A DNA stretch of 35,433 bases from Choristocarpus tenellus KU-1152. Its lineage: Eukaryota > Protista > Phaeophyceae. How positions within the stretch are numbered: position 1 is the stretch's first letter; every line of letters begins with the position of its first letter. The notes under the pieces were generated by a model. It worked only from the letters and a program-made list of their open reading frames with translations. It made no database searches and was not told the origin of the DNA. The stretch is taken from NCBI GenBank assembly GCA_964200185.2, contig CAXNAD020000051.1, forward strand, positions 1 to 35,433, written 5' to 3'. The position numbers and the translations under genes are program-made. Shown piece after piece: positions 1 through 14,300 of this stretch.

Positions 1-560
1 CAGCTGCAAGGAACATTTCCTTCGTAACATAATGCTTACTCTGTGCCTGTGGGGGGTTGGGGGGGTCCCCAGTGGGGTGCAGGTACACACCTTGCCTATC
101 TTTGAGGATGTAAATCAACTTCTTGTCCACATGCACCCAGTTATATAGATGGCCCACTAATACCCCACTTCCCCCCCTCCTGTGCGAGTGGCTGATGACA
201 GAACCCACCATGTTGACTTTCTGCTGGTCTGAGAGGACTGGCTTCATCCACCAGTTAACCTTCACCTTCTTGTACTTCCACAGATCCCCACAACGAGGCA
301 AGGGAGATCCCAGCTTTGGTCGGTCGCCCATTTGTGGAAGGATGTGCAGTGCACTACTGATGGGGACATTTATTGGTCCACGCATTCACCCTGTGCGATC
401 TGATCTGGTTGCTATACTCCTGCAGATGACTGAATATGGTGATTTGGGAAATTCCGAAGCCCTCCGTAATGGCCACCGTCGTCCCCTGAGGCATCCAAAT
501 CTTGCACCCTCTCGCCTCCAGGCATTGCGCCACCACACTCTTCTATGTCAGGGTGTTTGA
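1..560 (-). mobile_element. Degenerate Tc1/mariner (DD39D-like) transposase remnant, cut by the left window edge
   Basis: Minus-strand translation of about 290->2 reads WWMKPVLSDQQKVNMVGSVISH...HLYNWVHVDKKLIYILKDRQGVYLHPTGDPPNPPQAQSKHYVTKEMFLAA. This matches the family pattern KP.LT..K..R..F / VHVDEKWFY / SKRFI.KVMFL.AV. Frameshifted HTH-like segments lie upstream (AGISLASLW; GISQITIFSHL). The upstream boundary is approximate. Confidence 0.85.
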
Positions 561-2276
561 GCCCTGACCACAGACAGACTTCTGGGATGAAGAATTGAGA
601 CTGGCGGGTAACAACGGGATGAGCAAGCCGCTTGAATGATGGGGGGCCTTTGTCCTTGGCATCCCAATAAACACCCGCCTTCACAATTTCTTCAAGTTAT
701 TGAACCCCGCCAAATGCAACTTGGTGGACTTCGAACTGGTGATCCTTCACAGCCATGACAGCACACCATCTCAAACTTTGCACGCCTCCCAATCTCTATG
801 AGAACTAAGCCCCATCCAGAGTGTTTATCAGATGGGCATTCCCCGGTGAGAACAGAGCTTACAAAAGCTAGGTTACATTTAATTCCGAATGGATGAAGTA
901 CTATGTGTTCAGTCCTCTTCTGTTGACAGGGCCATTTGGGGGTCGACAACTGTTTTAGTGGTGCCATGTCACTCCACAGCCCAGTATCATGCACTTTGGA
1001 TAGCAGGGTTCGCCCATAGTCCTGGCCCAGATTTCAACCATGTCAACTGCCCAGCCCAAAGAGCGACTCTAGTTCTTTGCAGTTCAATTACTTGATTTCG
1101 GGGGGGCTAAATTTAGCAAGCTAAATAACAATCTGTGCTCACACAGTTCACAGAACTTGGACTATTTGCAGTCAACCCTTTCCCTATTCAGCAGCTTCAT
1201 TTCAATGACAGGGTGAAAAACAGTAAACCAGGTTTTAAAAACATCCTACAATTGTAAAAGTCAGACTCCACTAACCCCAACACTCCTCTACATGGTTCTC
1301 AAATGTTTGAGCACCAAAACACACTCCCATTGGCTTCACAAATGACTCAATCACACGAAACACCCACAACACATTGGCATATCTTGTCCTCGACAACATC
1401 AATGGTCCAGGATTCATATGTTATGTAGGAAGATCATTATGTGGTGAGTCTAAAAACAATATATTCTAGCAAAAAGGTGACAAATCAGTGGACTTGCACC
1501 ATTTGCATGATTTAAGTCAAAGCTCCTACATCAGACTGATTGATGCACCACGGGTCAAGCATTGTGCAAACCAAATTTAGCTTGAACGTTCTGGAGTGTA
1601 AGCCCTACTCTGGAAGAAAGGGGCACTTGGTCAGATACTGTGAACGAGGGTGTTCACAGCTTGTCCAACTGTTGATACCAGCTTCTCGCTACTTCCTTTC
1701 AAACTATACTGTACCCAATTTGGTGCACGCCAGCTCAAGAAAGCACAAGGAAAAAATGGAAAAAGCTGTGACGACCACATGTTTAAAGACATGCACAAAT
1801 TGCTCAGCAACTTGTGCTCTCCCACCACCATTATGTGTTCAGTTGTTTACATCTCCAGTCACTACCATGAGTAGCTAAGTGAGAACACAGACCTCATGTG
1901 GAAAAAAGGAGGCACTGCACCACACTAGCACACACACAGGATGGTGGGAACATAACACATATTTTTCTCGAAGGTCCTAAAGATCCAATACAAGGGATGC
2001 ACACACACACACCCAACACCATGCCACCTAGAAGAATCTATTTTGGCTAGCCTCCTCGTCAGAAACAACCTGCTTTAGCCACAGAAGTTGCAGGTTTTGT
2101 TCTGCCTCAATGAAGCACACAAATAACCTTGCTTCATATTGGCAAATCGAAAGTGAGAAGCTCACCATCAAAGATTGAGCCAGCCCAAATCTAAATCATT
2201 TGGTGCAAAGTCCGCATCTACCCTCTGCATTGTCCCTACAACACTACCCACTGCATTTCACAACAATTTCCAAGTT

Positions 2277-2300
2277 TCACCTTGGTTTCACAGTCCCAAC
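2277..2300 (-). CDS. grpE: GrpE last coding exon (VGTVKPR*)
   Basis: gccatcag|GTTGGGACTGTGAAACCAAGGTGA completes the conserved A.VG.V C-terminus. Confidence 0.85.
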   Translation of the reverse strand, partial: VGTVKPR

Positions 2301-5300
2301 CTGATGGCAAATGGATGGGGAAGGGTGGAGGGCAGAACACAGGTTGATATAAATAGTTGGTGACATGTATAGGAGTTCTTGTTTATTGGACTGAGGACGG
2401 CTGCTGGGCTGCGCCTGGTGCAAGTGGTGGCTTATGAACAGTGTTGTGAGAGTAGCAATTTGGTACTGGAGGTTGGAGTGCAGGCTGAGTTATTGTGGTG
2501 GGTTGGCAGTGTATTTTTCTGAGAGCTCCATACCAGTGACTTGGAAGCAAAAAAATGTGCGGAGAGAAATGTGTGAACTATATATGTACTATATATGTAT
2601 GGGTATGGAGAGTGGAAATGCTGTTCTCCACGGTGACAAATATCAACAATGAAAGCAATGCCTCCAAACCATGAGGACAAGGCACATTTTCAACTCTTGT
2701 CATAACAACACGGTTCTGCTATCACTTTTGGATATAAATAGTTGCACAATGGCACAGTTCAAAAGACTGTGTTCTGTGTGTACTATCTGGGAACCCTGTC
2801 ACAGAAGATACAGTGCCACTCCTCAATTACAACCGCCTCAGCATTGTCCAAAAACCGTTTGACGTAAGGAGTATCTTCGATTTTTATTTTACCCATTCGT
2901 TTGCGATGCAGTGTAACCTCACACACTCCTTGATTGAGTATCAGCCTGAACCCTTCTGTACTATGTGACCTTGTCTTACTCATAGACATTACCCGTGCAC
3001 TGGATCCTTGCTGCCACAATACATTAAGAGACATTGATCTCAACGGCGTCTAGACTGAATCAATTGGTACAAAGTACTTTGTATGTATTCAGTTTCATAT
3101 AATGCCCTGGAATGCAAAACTTGTTCAGTACCACATTTGAAGTACTTGTAATCGTTGGTATGGAAAAGAGTCAAAAGGCAGCACTCATAACTCAAGTTGG
3201 AATAAGAATGTGCCTGCCACAAAGTAGGTCTTGAGTACAGTTCATTGGTTCAAGGAGATGCAGAAGTCCAGAGTTGTGGTGCTGACTTACCTTGCAGTGC
3301 AAAGGTACTCAAAATCCTCTCAAAGCAGCCCCTTTCTTCTACTTACAACGATACAAACATGCAATACACTCTCTCAACAAGTTGAAATAACAAAAAACAC
3401 TTGAACTAACTTTAGGTTCATTACGCAGCTTCATAACTTTGTTCCAGTCACACAAGAAATTATGGAACAGGGAGCACGCTTAGACAAAAAAAAACCCAAC
3501 AAATGAAATTGTGTTACAAAGGGCTGTACTGTAGGATACATTTGCTTGCGATCCTCCACGTTGCCAGTCAATCATATATAATATCACTCACCTGTGCAGC
3601 CCTTATAACTCTGTCATGTAACTTATATCCTGGCTTTAAGACCTGATTCGGGGGTGTCGTTATGGGGGAGGGGAGAGGGTATGTCACAGATATCAACAAC
3701 ACTAACCAGAATATAAAAATAATAGTAGTAAGTAATAGAGGCTGAGATATCCATTACTTTGTTCCTCTAGGTAGCTTTCAAAACGTCATCATAATAGGTA
3801 ATAAGAGTTCCCGTGCACATAACTCTTGCTAGATGTTAGATGTTTCTGTATTACATACAAGCAAGAAAGACTCTTGTGCCTGAGGTCTAAGAAAACCATG
3901 CACAGACTTGCAATCAGATGAGAAACAGAAGTAGTCCACCTTATGTCCAATATAGGCACAAATAATCTCTCATTTCATGTTTTGGGGGGAGCAGCATCCG
4001 TGCCCCTTACCCTTATCGCACTAGCCAAGAGCCTCCATGCCTATTAATAACATTCAGCCAACAAGTCAAAACAATCTTCTTCAAATCGTATTCCATGCAG
4101 GCTAGCACCAGTGTCCCATATGTGACAGTCTCAAATCAACAGAAACAGTAAGGATTAGCAACTGACCACCTAGCTCCAAATCAATTAAGAACAGTAGACC
4201 TGAAAATTCTAGTAACAGCACCTCTTCCATTTAAAGCGTGTTCTAAAATGTGCTTGTTCCAAAGGCAAGCTTGCCACAAGAAGCACAAATGAAATTAACA
4301 AAGCAAACATCAAACATGGTGTATGTAGACACCAACAGGGTGTCAGAGCAAAATGTGTTTTACTTGTACACTGGTCTGCAGAAATGGAGGTGTGGTCAAA
4401 ATCAGGATAATATAGCAGGATCATACATTGATCACACTTCTGATTTCTTGTGACCCACAAAAAAAGTGATAATCCCAAATATATTGAGCTAACACACTCA
4501 ACCTATCAAGAAAATATTCAACCATGTTGAAAGTATAACTTTGCAGATAGTGCATTTTTCGTACATCTCACCTGGCCCAGAGTCCCTGCCTCCTTTGTGG
4601 GATCATCATGTTCAAACATGGCATCATGGAGGTGTGGGTCAAACTTGTCCCCCACTTGACCAAACTTTACTATCCCTTGACTTTTGAAAACCTTTTGGAG
4701 CTGAAGGAAAGTCGGGTATTGATGGACAATGTGAACAAACAGAAATGAACAAACAGAAATGCAACACAAAAAACACAAAAACACAAAAAGCAACAAGGGG
4801 CTCACAATTTGAGATGGGCATGCTTGAGAAAGGCGCAGTCAAAATACATAAAAGAGAACATTCGTGGCAGTTTCTACAAACCGCATATACAGAAAATCTA
4901 TATAGCATATTCACCCAATAACATGCCGTACACTTGCTTTATCCCATGCTCTGATACGGATGTAGGATCAACTACATAGACCTTACATGCAAAGAGGACA
5001 TGTTCTATATAAAGAAAGTGATCCAGCCCATGGTAGAGTTAGCTATCCTGGCAAAATCAACTTACACATCGTGAACCTGTGATGTACAAAAACGACATTA
5101 CATCAGGGACTACTACCCCATTTCAAGAGTGCTATTTTGATCTGTGCTAGTAACACAAAACGGATTGTCAGTGCGTAAAGATATAGAACCCAAAAGTCAT
5201 ACAACCGGTTACAGCAGCGTAAGGAACAGCAGCACACTTCTAACACCCACTCCCTCGGCGATTGGGTTAGAGGGATAGACAGCTGATGAGGGTTGCATGT

Positions 5301-8300
5301 AGATCCTGGAGATTGGCAGATACAGCTCGGCTGTATAGCAGCCCACTGGTTCCATCAGCATCAGCACCAGCACCAGCAATGACAGAAGCTCTGCCTTGAG
5401 CTTGACACCGTAATAATACCGTCGTTGACGGATTATGAGTGTTGAAAGGTCAAACAGTACCTACTTCTCACAAGGAACCCGATTATCAGACAATTATCAC
5501 CAACCACATCATTATTGTCTTTTTGACCATCCGTTTGTTTGGCAGGTCACAGGTAGTTGCTGAAGTGGGTGGGGGGAGGAAGGCCTCCTTGTTTGGCAAA
5601 CAACACAGTAAGGCTGCGGTTGAAGGATTGTGACCCAAAGGTCGTTAGGGCCTAGATTTGACAAGGAACCAAATTGTGACCACTGCACACCCTGATTCGT
5701 GTTGTGGGAAGGATCCTGACATGGAGCAGACTCATCCGCCCAATCAATACCAACAAAAGATCTGGAACGGTTTATCTGCCCATGGTGTTGATCTTAATAA
5801 CATATCATTAATATTAGTATTAATATTAGTGTAATATTATCATCAATTTTGGTCGCCTTTGTGCCAGTAACCTCATGTAAATGTATTTAGAACATACACA
5901 TATATGTACAGAGGTAAATGCACATAGAGCTTTAGGATATTTTCATTTCCATCTTTGCATCAACCATCTCCTTACATACACTTCAACATGAAATATGTAG
6001 CAGGGGATATTTTCATTGACACATTTTCAGAAATCATTTCCATGCATACAAAAAAGCGTAAAATACATTTTTAAAAAATCTACTCTAAAATAGAGCATAT
6101 GCACACATACATAAAACAGCGTTCTCATTCACATTTATATTAGTCACAAGAATTCATTGCATACATACACACATACACACAATGTTATTGCACCTCTGCA
6201 TCTGTCATCGCGATGCCTTCTAGCAGACTCTCCAAGGAAGCAGACCCTGCCCCTCCTGCTGCCCCTCCTTCTCCCACAGATTCCATTGCTCTTGTGAGAT
6301 TATCAGCCACATCCAACAACTGGCAAAAGAAAAAAAATAAACCGCACACAAAATGGGGTGTCGGGTAACCATAAAACAAAATATTTCTGAGTGTCAAAAA
6401 CAAACACATCCAGTAAACGATAGCAGTAGCCGTCCCTAGAAACAAAGCAATGCCACCAGCGTTCAATACCACCAGACAATCTACTCCCTTACACTTAAAT
6501 TGTTCACCCATAGCAGTTTGCGTCTCTTGCATCCATGTTCACAGCAAACGTACAGACAATTTGATGTGTTATAGACAATTTGATGTGTTACAGACAATTT
6601 GATGTGTTATAGACAATTTGATGTGTTACAGACAATTTGATGTGTTATAGACAATTTGATGTGTTACAGACAATATGATGTGCTATAGATAATTTTATGT
6701 GTTACAGACAACACCTACATTTGCCAGGAAGTCACCAAGCCTTACCAAAACATTTTGGGACCACTCTGCATGACACATAACATGTAACATAACATTTAAC
6801 ACATGAACACAAACAATGCAATAGCAAAAACATGAACAGTGCTCCACTTACCTACACATAAGAAAAAACATGCAAATCTTGGGAAGGGTGACAGATAGTA
6901 AGGTCAAGTTACATTTCCCTTAATAACAGTAGCTCTGTATGTGTTCAGAGTCCATGACATTAAAAGAACATAACCAGTACATGAACATGCACAGTTAGTA
7001 TGTAGTATGGGCAATATGTAATACCCTAGTGGATGTTTAATTAATTGCTCTTTCCTAACAATTGGAACAAGTGACAATAAGACATCTAGAAACACAAATA
7101 AAAAAATCAAAGAGGTTAAATTCCAAAGGAGGTTTAGATTCAACAATACATATTTTCTTAAGTGTGTCACACCCCACAAGTACAAGGTAAACTTCACAAC
7201 CATCATTGACATAGGTATACAATGGGACATAAAGGCCACTGTGTCTGCAGCAGCACACCACCCACCCTGTCAAAATCACACACAACGAACCAACTTTGAC
7301 ACCATGATACTACTTTTAGCACCTCACATCACTTGGGTATCCTACAGGCAGCACCACCTTCAGTCACTACCATAGACCGTTTGGACTAACATAGACAATC
7401 CTTGTCACAATCAACAAAATTCTTGTCTCCAAGCAATATGGACTAACGGACAAAAGTCCAATAAATCTGAGAACTACCTCATTACGCCCCACTAAGTGCT
7501 GCCTCCATCAAATCATTGAAAGGATCGCTCTATCATGAGGCTGTCCTTTGATATTCTCACCACCGTAGGAGTAACTAGCTCCTACAGGCATTACCATCAT
7601 CTCAGGTGCTCATGGAACACCTAAACAAGGACTTTTCCATAAATCGGTCAACCCTAAAAGCAAAAGTTAGGATTTGCAAAAACTCACTGGAACGGATTTG
7701 CAGAATTTTCTAGCAGTAAAAAAGAAAAAAGAACATCAACAAAAAGAAAACAAAACATTCATTTTGGTTAAGAAAAAGAAAGCAGCAACACACCAAAACG
7801 TAAATCATGGTGGGCTGCTACTCACAGCATTAAATACTCACACAAAGGGGCAAACAAACAAACAAACAAACAAACAAACAAACAGAAATAACACCAAATA
7901 GAACAGCACAGGACAGACAAGCACAGGGCAACATAACCGACCACAAGACACAAAACATGCGCAAGAAAAAAGGCAAATGCACCACACAAGTGCACTGCCC
8001 AATGAAACAACGCACAACATAGTTCCTGGACCCAACCTGCATCCCTTGTGGCAAAGACCCTCTACAAACAGACCCAACCTGCATCCCTTGTGGCAAAGAC
8101 CCTCTACAAACACCACGCACAAGGTGGCACAAAAAGTGGACACACCAGAAAAGTAAACAAAACTAACACACCTGCTTTGCAAAACGTTGTACAGCATAAA
8201 GCCTGGCCCCCTCTGCATCCCTCTTGGCGATCGCCCTAACGTTCTCCATCTCAGCAGCAATGTAAAGGGTGGTTGCCTCAGCCTCCTTCAGGGCCTCCTT

Positions 8301-11300
8301 AGCCTTGGCTAATTCCTCTCCCAGCTCACTCACTTTATTCTGAATGGTATTGGCAACACAGCATACATGAAAGAACATCAGAGTACTTGAGTACACTTTT
8401 GAAAATAGTAATGTGCTGTACTGCAAATTCCAACAAGATTGATTTTTTTTAGTAGGTTTGCTGAACTTTCCATACTGACTTACCCGAATATATGATCTAT
8501 TCTGAAGCAAAGTGGAAGTCTTAAAATCCGCAACAAGCTTTCTATAATAGTGCACACTTTCTACAAGTATATCTCAGCACCCTCTGAAAAAATGCGTCCA
8601 TGTTGGAGGAGATAGTTGTCATTCTCAAGCATTCTATCGCACACCAGTGTGATTAGTGTGATTAGTAATTAGTGTGATAACACACTGCTCTGCATGTTCT
8701 TGAATTTGACTAGAGAGGCAAAAGGAGCTTCCTACACAAGGGAGAGTGAAGTACTAACCTGGTCCTGCATATGCATCAACAACGGGTAACTGACTATATT
8801 TAAGAGCAGTGTGGTTTCATGCACTGAATATTCCCGTCCAGCACTACAACCCTTCACATGACATCCTACTGTACCTGTTGGTTTTTTAGACGTTGAAAAC
8901 ATCAACAGGTACAACATTGGACACTTCCAATACCTGAACGGCGATGCCAACTAACATCTTCAGAGTTTGGTTGAGTATGTGTGTGAGCACATCAGGATCA
9001 TTATGTCACTACATCAGACCTCTGAATGCACAAACCCCAGGAAATGGGGAAATAGGATCTGTGAGATCCATACTCTGATCACCGGCATGTACAGGACATG
9101 CATCAAAATATCCTCTTCATTGATCACATACGATACTTTTCTATAGTCTCCAGTGCAACCAAAAAGTGTCTGTAGTCAGTCCTCCTCCTTTGCATAACCT
9201 GCAACAATAATAGTGCTGTTGTGTTGCATGTGTCCCATTATCACTCTGTTTCACCACCATACTATTGCAATACTCCTTGCCCACAGCTCCTAAATCCACC
9301 AAAGAAGATGTTATGTCATCTCTCCGTGGACATGACTGTCAAATGTATCGCACAGATATGCCAATTATTTCATCATGTCCGGGCTACATATGCCAACACA
9401 CAACCATGGCCCCGACCCCAGACGTGCTAACTGCCTGGGCTGGTGAAAAGTCCTTGAAAATTTGGCTTTAGTATGAGTGCAATCCAGTTCAGAACAATCC
9501 AGTTCAGAACAATCCAGTTCAGAACAATCCAGTTCAGAACCGAAGAACTGTTTGCCAGGAGTTCAAAATGACTTCACAAGAAACCCACAAATATGTTTGT
9601 CATTGTCTCTCCTTCCCACCCCTATAGCAAAGCAAGCCCCGTTGTACTTTTGTACCCTCCTGGCTCTCAGAGCTTGGCTTGGAAGTCCTCAAGAAGCACA
9701 GTAGGAGTAGGGATTAGATGATGGTGTGGACAGTGAGGCTGTTGAGCAGCAATGTGTGCATGTATTGGACATGCCTGTTGCTCGGATTAGACCTCTGTAG
9801 GGAATACTGGAATTGCACCACCGTCTAAAAGAACATTGACCTGTGTCTGGCAAGAATGGTTTCAACAAGGTGCTTGATTGTACCTAATAACACCCATGGA
9901 TGGAGGCAATAGCAACGGAGCATGGAAGATTGATCACTACCCAAATAGATCATGAGGGCCAGGAGTGAGAGAAGAATCACAACTTTAAGACCAAGGAAGG
10001 TCTCAACGAAGACAGAAGTGCTCGTGGGGAGAAGTAGGATAAAGGTGCCAAGATGCCTCCAATGGAACATCCCCTGACCGTAAGACAATAAAACCCATGC
10101 TGCCCAAGGACCCCAATCCTAAGCATCAATTTTGCCAAGGACAGATTGGAGAAACCGCTCGGTGAGAAATCTCCAGCACCACTATGATTGATGGTGGTTC
10201 ACAAAACAGAGAAAGTCTTAGTTGGTGTATGCTCTGTCTCAGCACTTGGGCGAGAGAGTTAGGTGGTCAGCCTGAGAGTGTCCAATGAATATGGCAACTT
10301 TCCTTAACGGAGGGTTCACACTCCACTCACTGTTGAGGCTGCCTGTGAACAGGGCCAGCTCCCAACCATTAGGAGAAAGGGTCTGCACAGTGAAGTGGCC
10401 ATGGATCAGCACAATCAAGCTGGCTTCACTCCACATCATTCTACATAATGCTGTACAAGAAAAAGTGCAGCAGCAGAAGGCAGGTCTTGTGAACGGAAAT
10501 TGTGGGGGTTACCTGTGGGGGTGACCAAGGGCATTGTGTAGGCCAAGGGAAAAGAACAATCAACCTACCTAGGTTTGTCTTCATCAAGCTTGACGCATTA
10601 TGAGACCCCATCTGCTACCCGAACAAGTACCCCAATTATGTACCTATCCCTCCCCATCAAAGCTTCATGGTATGGATATGGGACTGAGGAAAAAAACGCC
10701 TACAAGATCATACCTGGGATACCTATATGCAGAAGGCACGAGGAAAGAAAACATCCAAGCTCGACATCAACCTACAACCATCAAAGAGTACACTGACTCA
10801 CTTTCATTTGTCTCAGTCAAATCAAGCATATCAGCAACATATTGAGGCCATGCTGTTTGTTCGACTTCAGTAGGATTGGGGATAAGACTAACCCTAACCT
10901 TATCAGGATGCAAGAGTAGGAGTGGCTATGCCACCTAGCATCTATCCTCCTTGCAGCACTGGAACAGATAGGGGAGGGCTGTATGTGCAGAAGACAGGGG
11001 GCTTGACCCTCTGTAAATTGAAGTAATGCAGAATCCTTGAAGTGGTATATATATTGGAATGTAGTAAACTTAGATCTTGTGTACCGGGGAGGTTATGGAT
11101 GGGTAGGAACTACAAAATTGACATGCTAAATAAGTAAAAGCATACACTATTTTCAAAACAAATTTCAAGCATGACATCCAGTGACCATGCCAGGCTACCT
11201 CCTCCCTTCCACTATACTACTCCAGGCCTATTAATACAAGGACATCCAAAATAGAGGGAGAGGGAGAGAGAGGGAGGGTCCAACAGGAGAATACACTAAC

Positions 11301-14300
11301 CGTAGATTTGATTCTGTTGATAGATATCCTTTGCACTTTCCAGTTCTTACATCGTTAAAGGAAGTGTCAATACACTGTACAGCAGCCTGAAAGCTTTGCC
11401 ATCTGCCGATCTGAAGTAGTATCACACGGAAGTATTGTCTTTTACATCAAACACCATGTGCACATCATACTAGACAACATCAAGCGTGCTATAAATCCGC
11501 CACCAGAGGTTACCTTTTTTACATCACCTTCAACTGATTGGTTTTTGCATGCACCTGCTCAGGCTGTTCGACCTTGAGTTCTACAGGGACAATTCGGATG
11601 GATGTTCATCTGAGTACGCCACTCTCTTTGGTATGTAACCTCTCTCTATGGTACCTAGAAGATGTCCTAGGTGTGGGTCTGTTGCCCTCCCGTTGGGGGT
11701 GATGAATTGGTGTCCGACTTTTTGTTGAAGTGAAGGGGTTCCTGGTTGTCTCTACTATTGTTTGGTTGTCGGGGGAGGTTATTCTCTCGGTGGAGGAGAT
11801 CTGTAACTGTAGGGTAGGTAAGTAGATCTGTCAGGCGAGAAAAACGATAGACGTACTTTTCAAGATTTCTTCACAACAGAAGGAGATTTCAATACTTCTT
11901 AAGAAGCTGTAGTAGAGATGCCTCTTATTCACTAGACAGTAACAAGAACATTGTTTTTATTTTTTTACAGTATAACCACGAGGGAAGATGGAGAATGTTA
12001 TATTATGACTCTGACCAATCAACCAACTGCAGAGGGTGTTGCTCGTTCTACACCAAAATCATCACCTCGTCTACAAAAATTGTGGCTCCCTAAGTTGTAC
12101 CTCTTCAACAAGCCATTGTGTGAAAAAACCTGATGGCAGATATGAAACCCTTCACATTAAGTATGTTTTAGATCACTATCCTCATCCATCAACCATTCTG
12201 AGACCTCAAGTAGGTATGGTGGTCGGTTTTCACACATGTGGCTAGTAGATTCCAAGCCCTTGGTGCTGTTGCTATTCCAGTGTGCGCTCCACTGCGGATA
12301 TTTTGTCCATAATGAGCTTGAGCACTGCATTATACAACTTGAACACACTTTACTAATCCCCTTATACAAGCCCCTTGACCGAGTCACACTGGGATCCCAA
12401 AACCTGCACTTGAGCGACCCAAAACATATAATGAAATTGACCTTGAAATCTTGTGACTGCGCAGGTTGCATCAATCGTGGGACATTTCATCCTCCTCTTT
12501 AACCTACCTCTAAGAAAATCTCCAGTTCCCTTCTTCATGTGAAGTTGCATAAACGACAATCAAAATGTATCTAATGTGTGCCACCATCTGCCCATTCAGT
12601 AACAGTAAAAGTCGAATCTGTGCACCCTGTTGTCCCAATTGTGAGTAGGAAGCAGCAACCAACACTTGTCCAAAACCAAGTTACTGTTGTCAGTATCATT
12701 CACCTTGATGCATGACTGGCAGACAGCAATGGTGCATAAATTAATGTTGACTGACTTTACCATGACCTAAATAGGTGCATCCATCTCAGACAACCTTCCT
12801 GATCTAGGACCTTTACCATAGAGAAAACAAGACCCTTCACAAGTCAGATGGCAAGCTTATCCCACACCTTATTCAACGTGCAGGAAGGAATGGCAAACTC
12901 TGCCATAAGAACCGTCCCCACTCCAGGAGGCATGTTCCCATTTCCCAACTCCAACTCAAAAGAGTACTGCATAGGTAGAGCCTACTGGCCCTCAGCAATC
13001 AAAGATAGGCGTATGCAACACTTAAAAGTGATTGGGTTCCTACCCACGACACCAGTTGGGGGTCATTTGTGTTCATATTCAACTCTGTTGCACCTCGTTT
13101 TCAAAAGTCTTGTAGTTGCTGAAGGTTATGTGATCCAATGCTGATAACACACATGTTGTGGGTCCAGTCCCTCAATCTGCAAATCTATCTTCTACAGATA
13201 TTCTTGGTACTAATATATTAATGGTACTACTATATTCTTGGTACTATTATATTCTTGGTACTACTATATTATTGGTACTACTATATTCTTGACTCAGGAG
13301 AGTGGGGGCAACAACTTGACTCATTATCACTGCCCAGTACTCAATTGAAGTTATTAAAACAAAGCACACGTTCCCCTCATGTCTTCCTTTTGGAGGGGGG
13401 AAGGATATCATCCCAAGACCCCTCGATATTTTTTATCTACTACAGTAATCCCCAAGTATATCTCACGGTGTCTCTCAAGGTGTCAAGCTCTGATATAAAT
13501 GAATAAGGAAGGTTTCACTCTGCTGCCAAAGTAGCATAAGATGAGGTATAATATATGATCCATGATATCCTCCCTCTTGTGGTGCCTTATGTCACTCACC
13601 CTATCCTCCACTCCCCCACAAACCCCAACACAATAGCACTCCCCTACCCCTGCATGCCTACCTCATATTCCTCTGAAGTTTCCCCCTCAGCCTCCATCCT
13701 GCCTTGCTCACTATCACTTGTGCCACCAGTGCCAGTACCTGTTGTAGACAAGGCTCTATGTTGGGCTAGGATCAAAAGATTTTCCCTCGCGTCATGAAAC
13801 ATGACATTGCCTGGCCACCCACGGAATCAGAAAAGACCAGAAGGCGCTCAGTACAGAGAACATGAGGGTAATGAAGACAAGAAGGGAATGATACCAACAG
13901 TGAGAGCATGAAGTAGTAGATGTTACCAAGTAAACACATCTTTCTTGACTAAATGTAACTCAAAGGCTGTTCTATTGGTGTACTGTATAGTGTCCCTCCA
14001 TACCCCATACAGTTTAGTACCCCAATAGAATAGCTGTAGTTCTTTGAGGTGTTAGGTATGTAGCTGTGTACAAAACTGGGCTTTCGGCCACCCCAACGAA
14101 GGCGGGCAACGAAAAACCATCACGCTCGAGCCCTTTTGGTTTCACTTGGGGGCAGCAGCAGCATACTTCGTGTGGCCAGATGAGGTGCTTGTGGGATGGT
14201 GCGTTGAAAAGCACTCCACTTTATGCAGTGGGAGCTACAAATAGCCTTTGGCGTAAGGACGAAGTAATGGAACATTCATCAGTAGCAGCAACACGAAAAA

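Noticed and set aside
123-560. 145-aa plus-strand ORF
   Set aside because: Antisense shadow of the mariner transposase remnant
5275-5330. CTGATGAG hammerhead or C-box-like motif (also at about 23282)
   Set aside because: No correctly placed GAAA and stems, and no convincing D box with terminal stem
6551-6711. CRISPR-like array
   Set aside because: Repeats are head-to-tail with no unique spacers, lie in a eukaryotic intron, and no cas genes are present
7674-8260. Overlapping low-complexity ORFs (FVCLFVCL, TNKQTNKQ)
   Set aside because: Products of a microsatellite and the 42-bp duplication in an intron
9477-9704. ORF with QSSSE repeats
   Set aside because: Arises from the 15-bp tandem repeat; no other coding evidence
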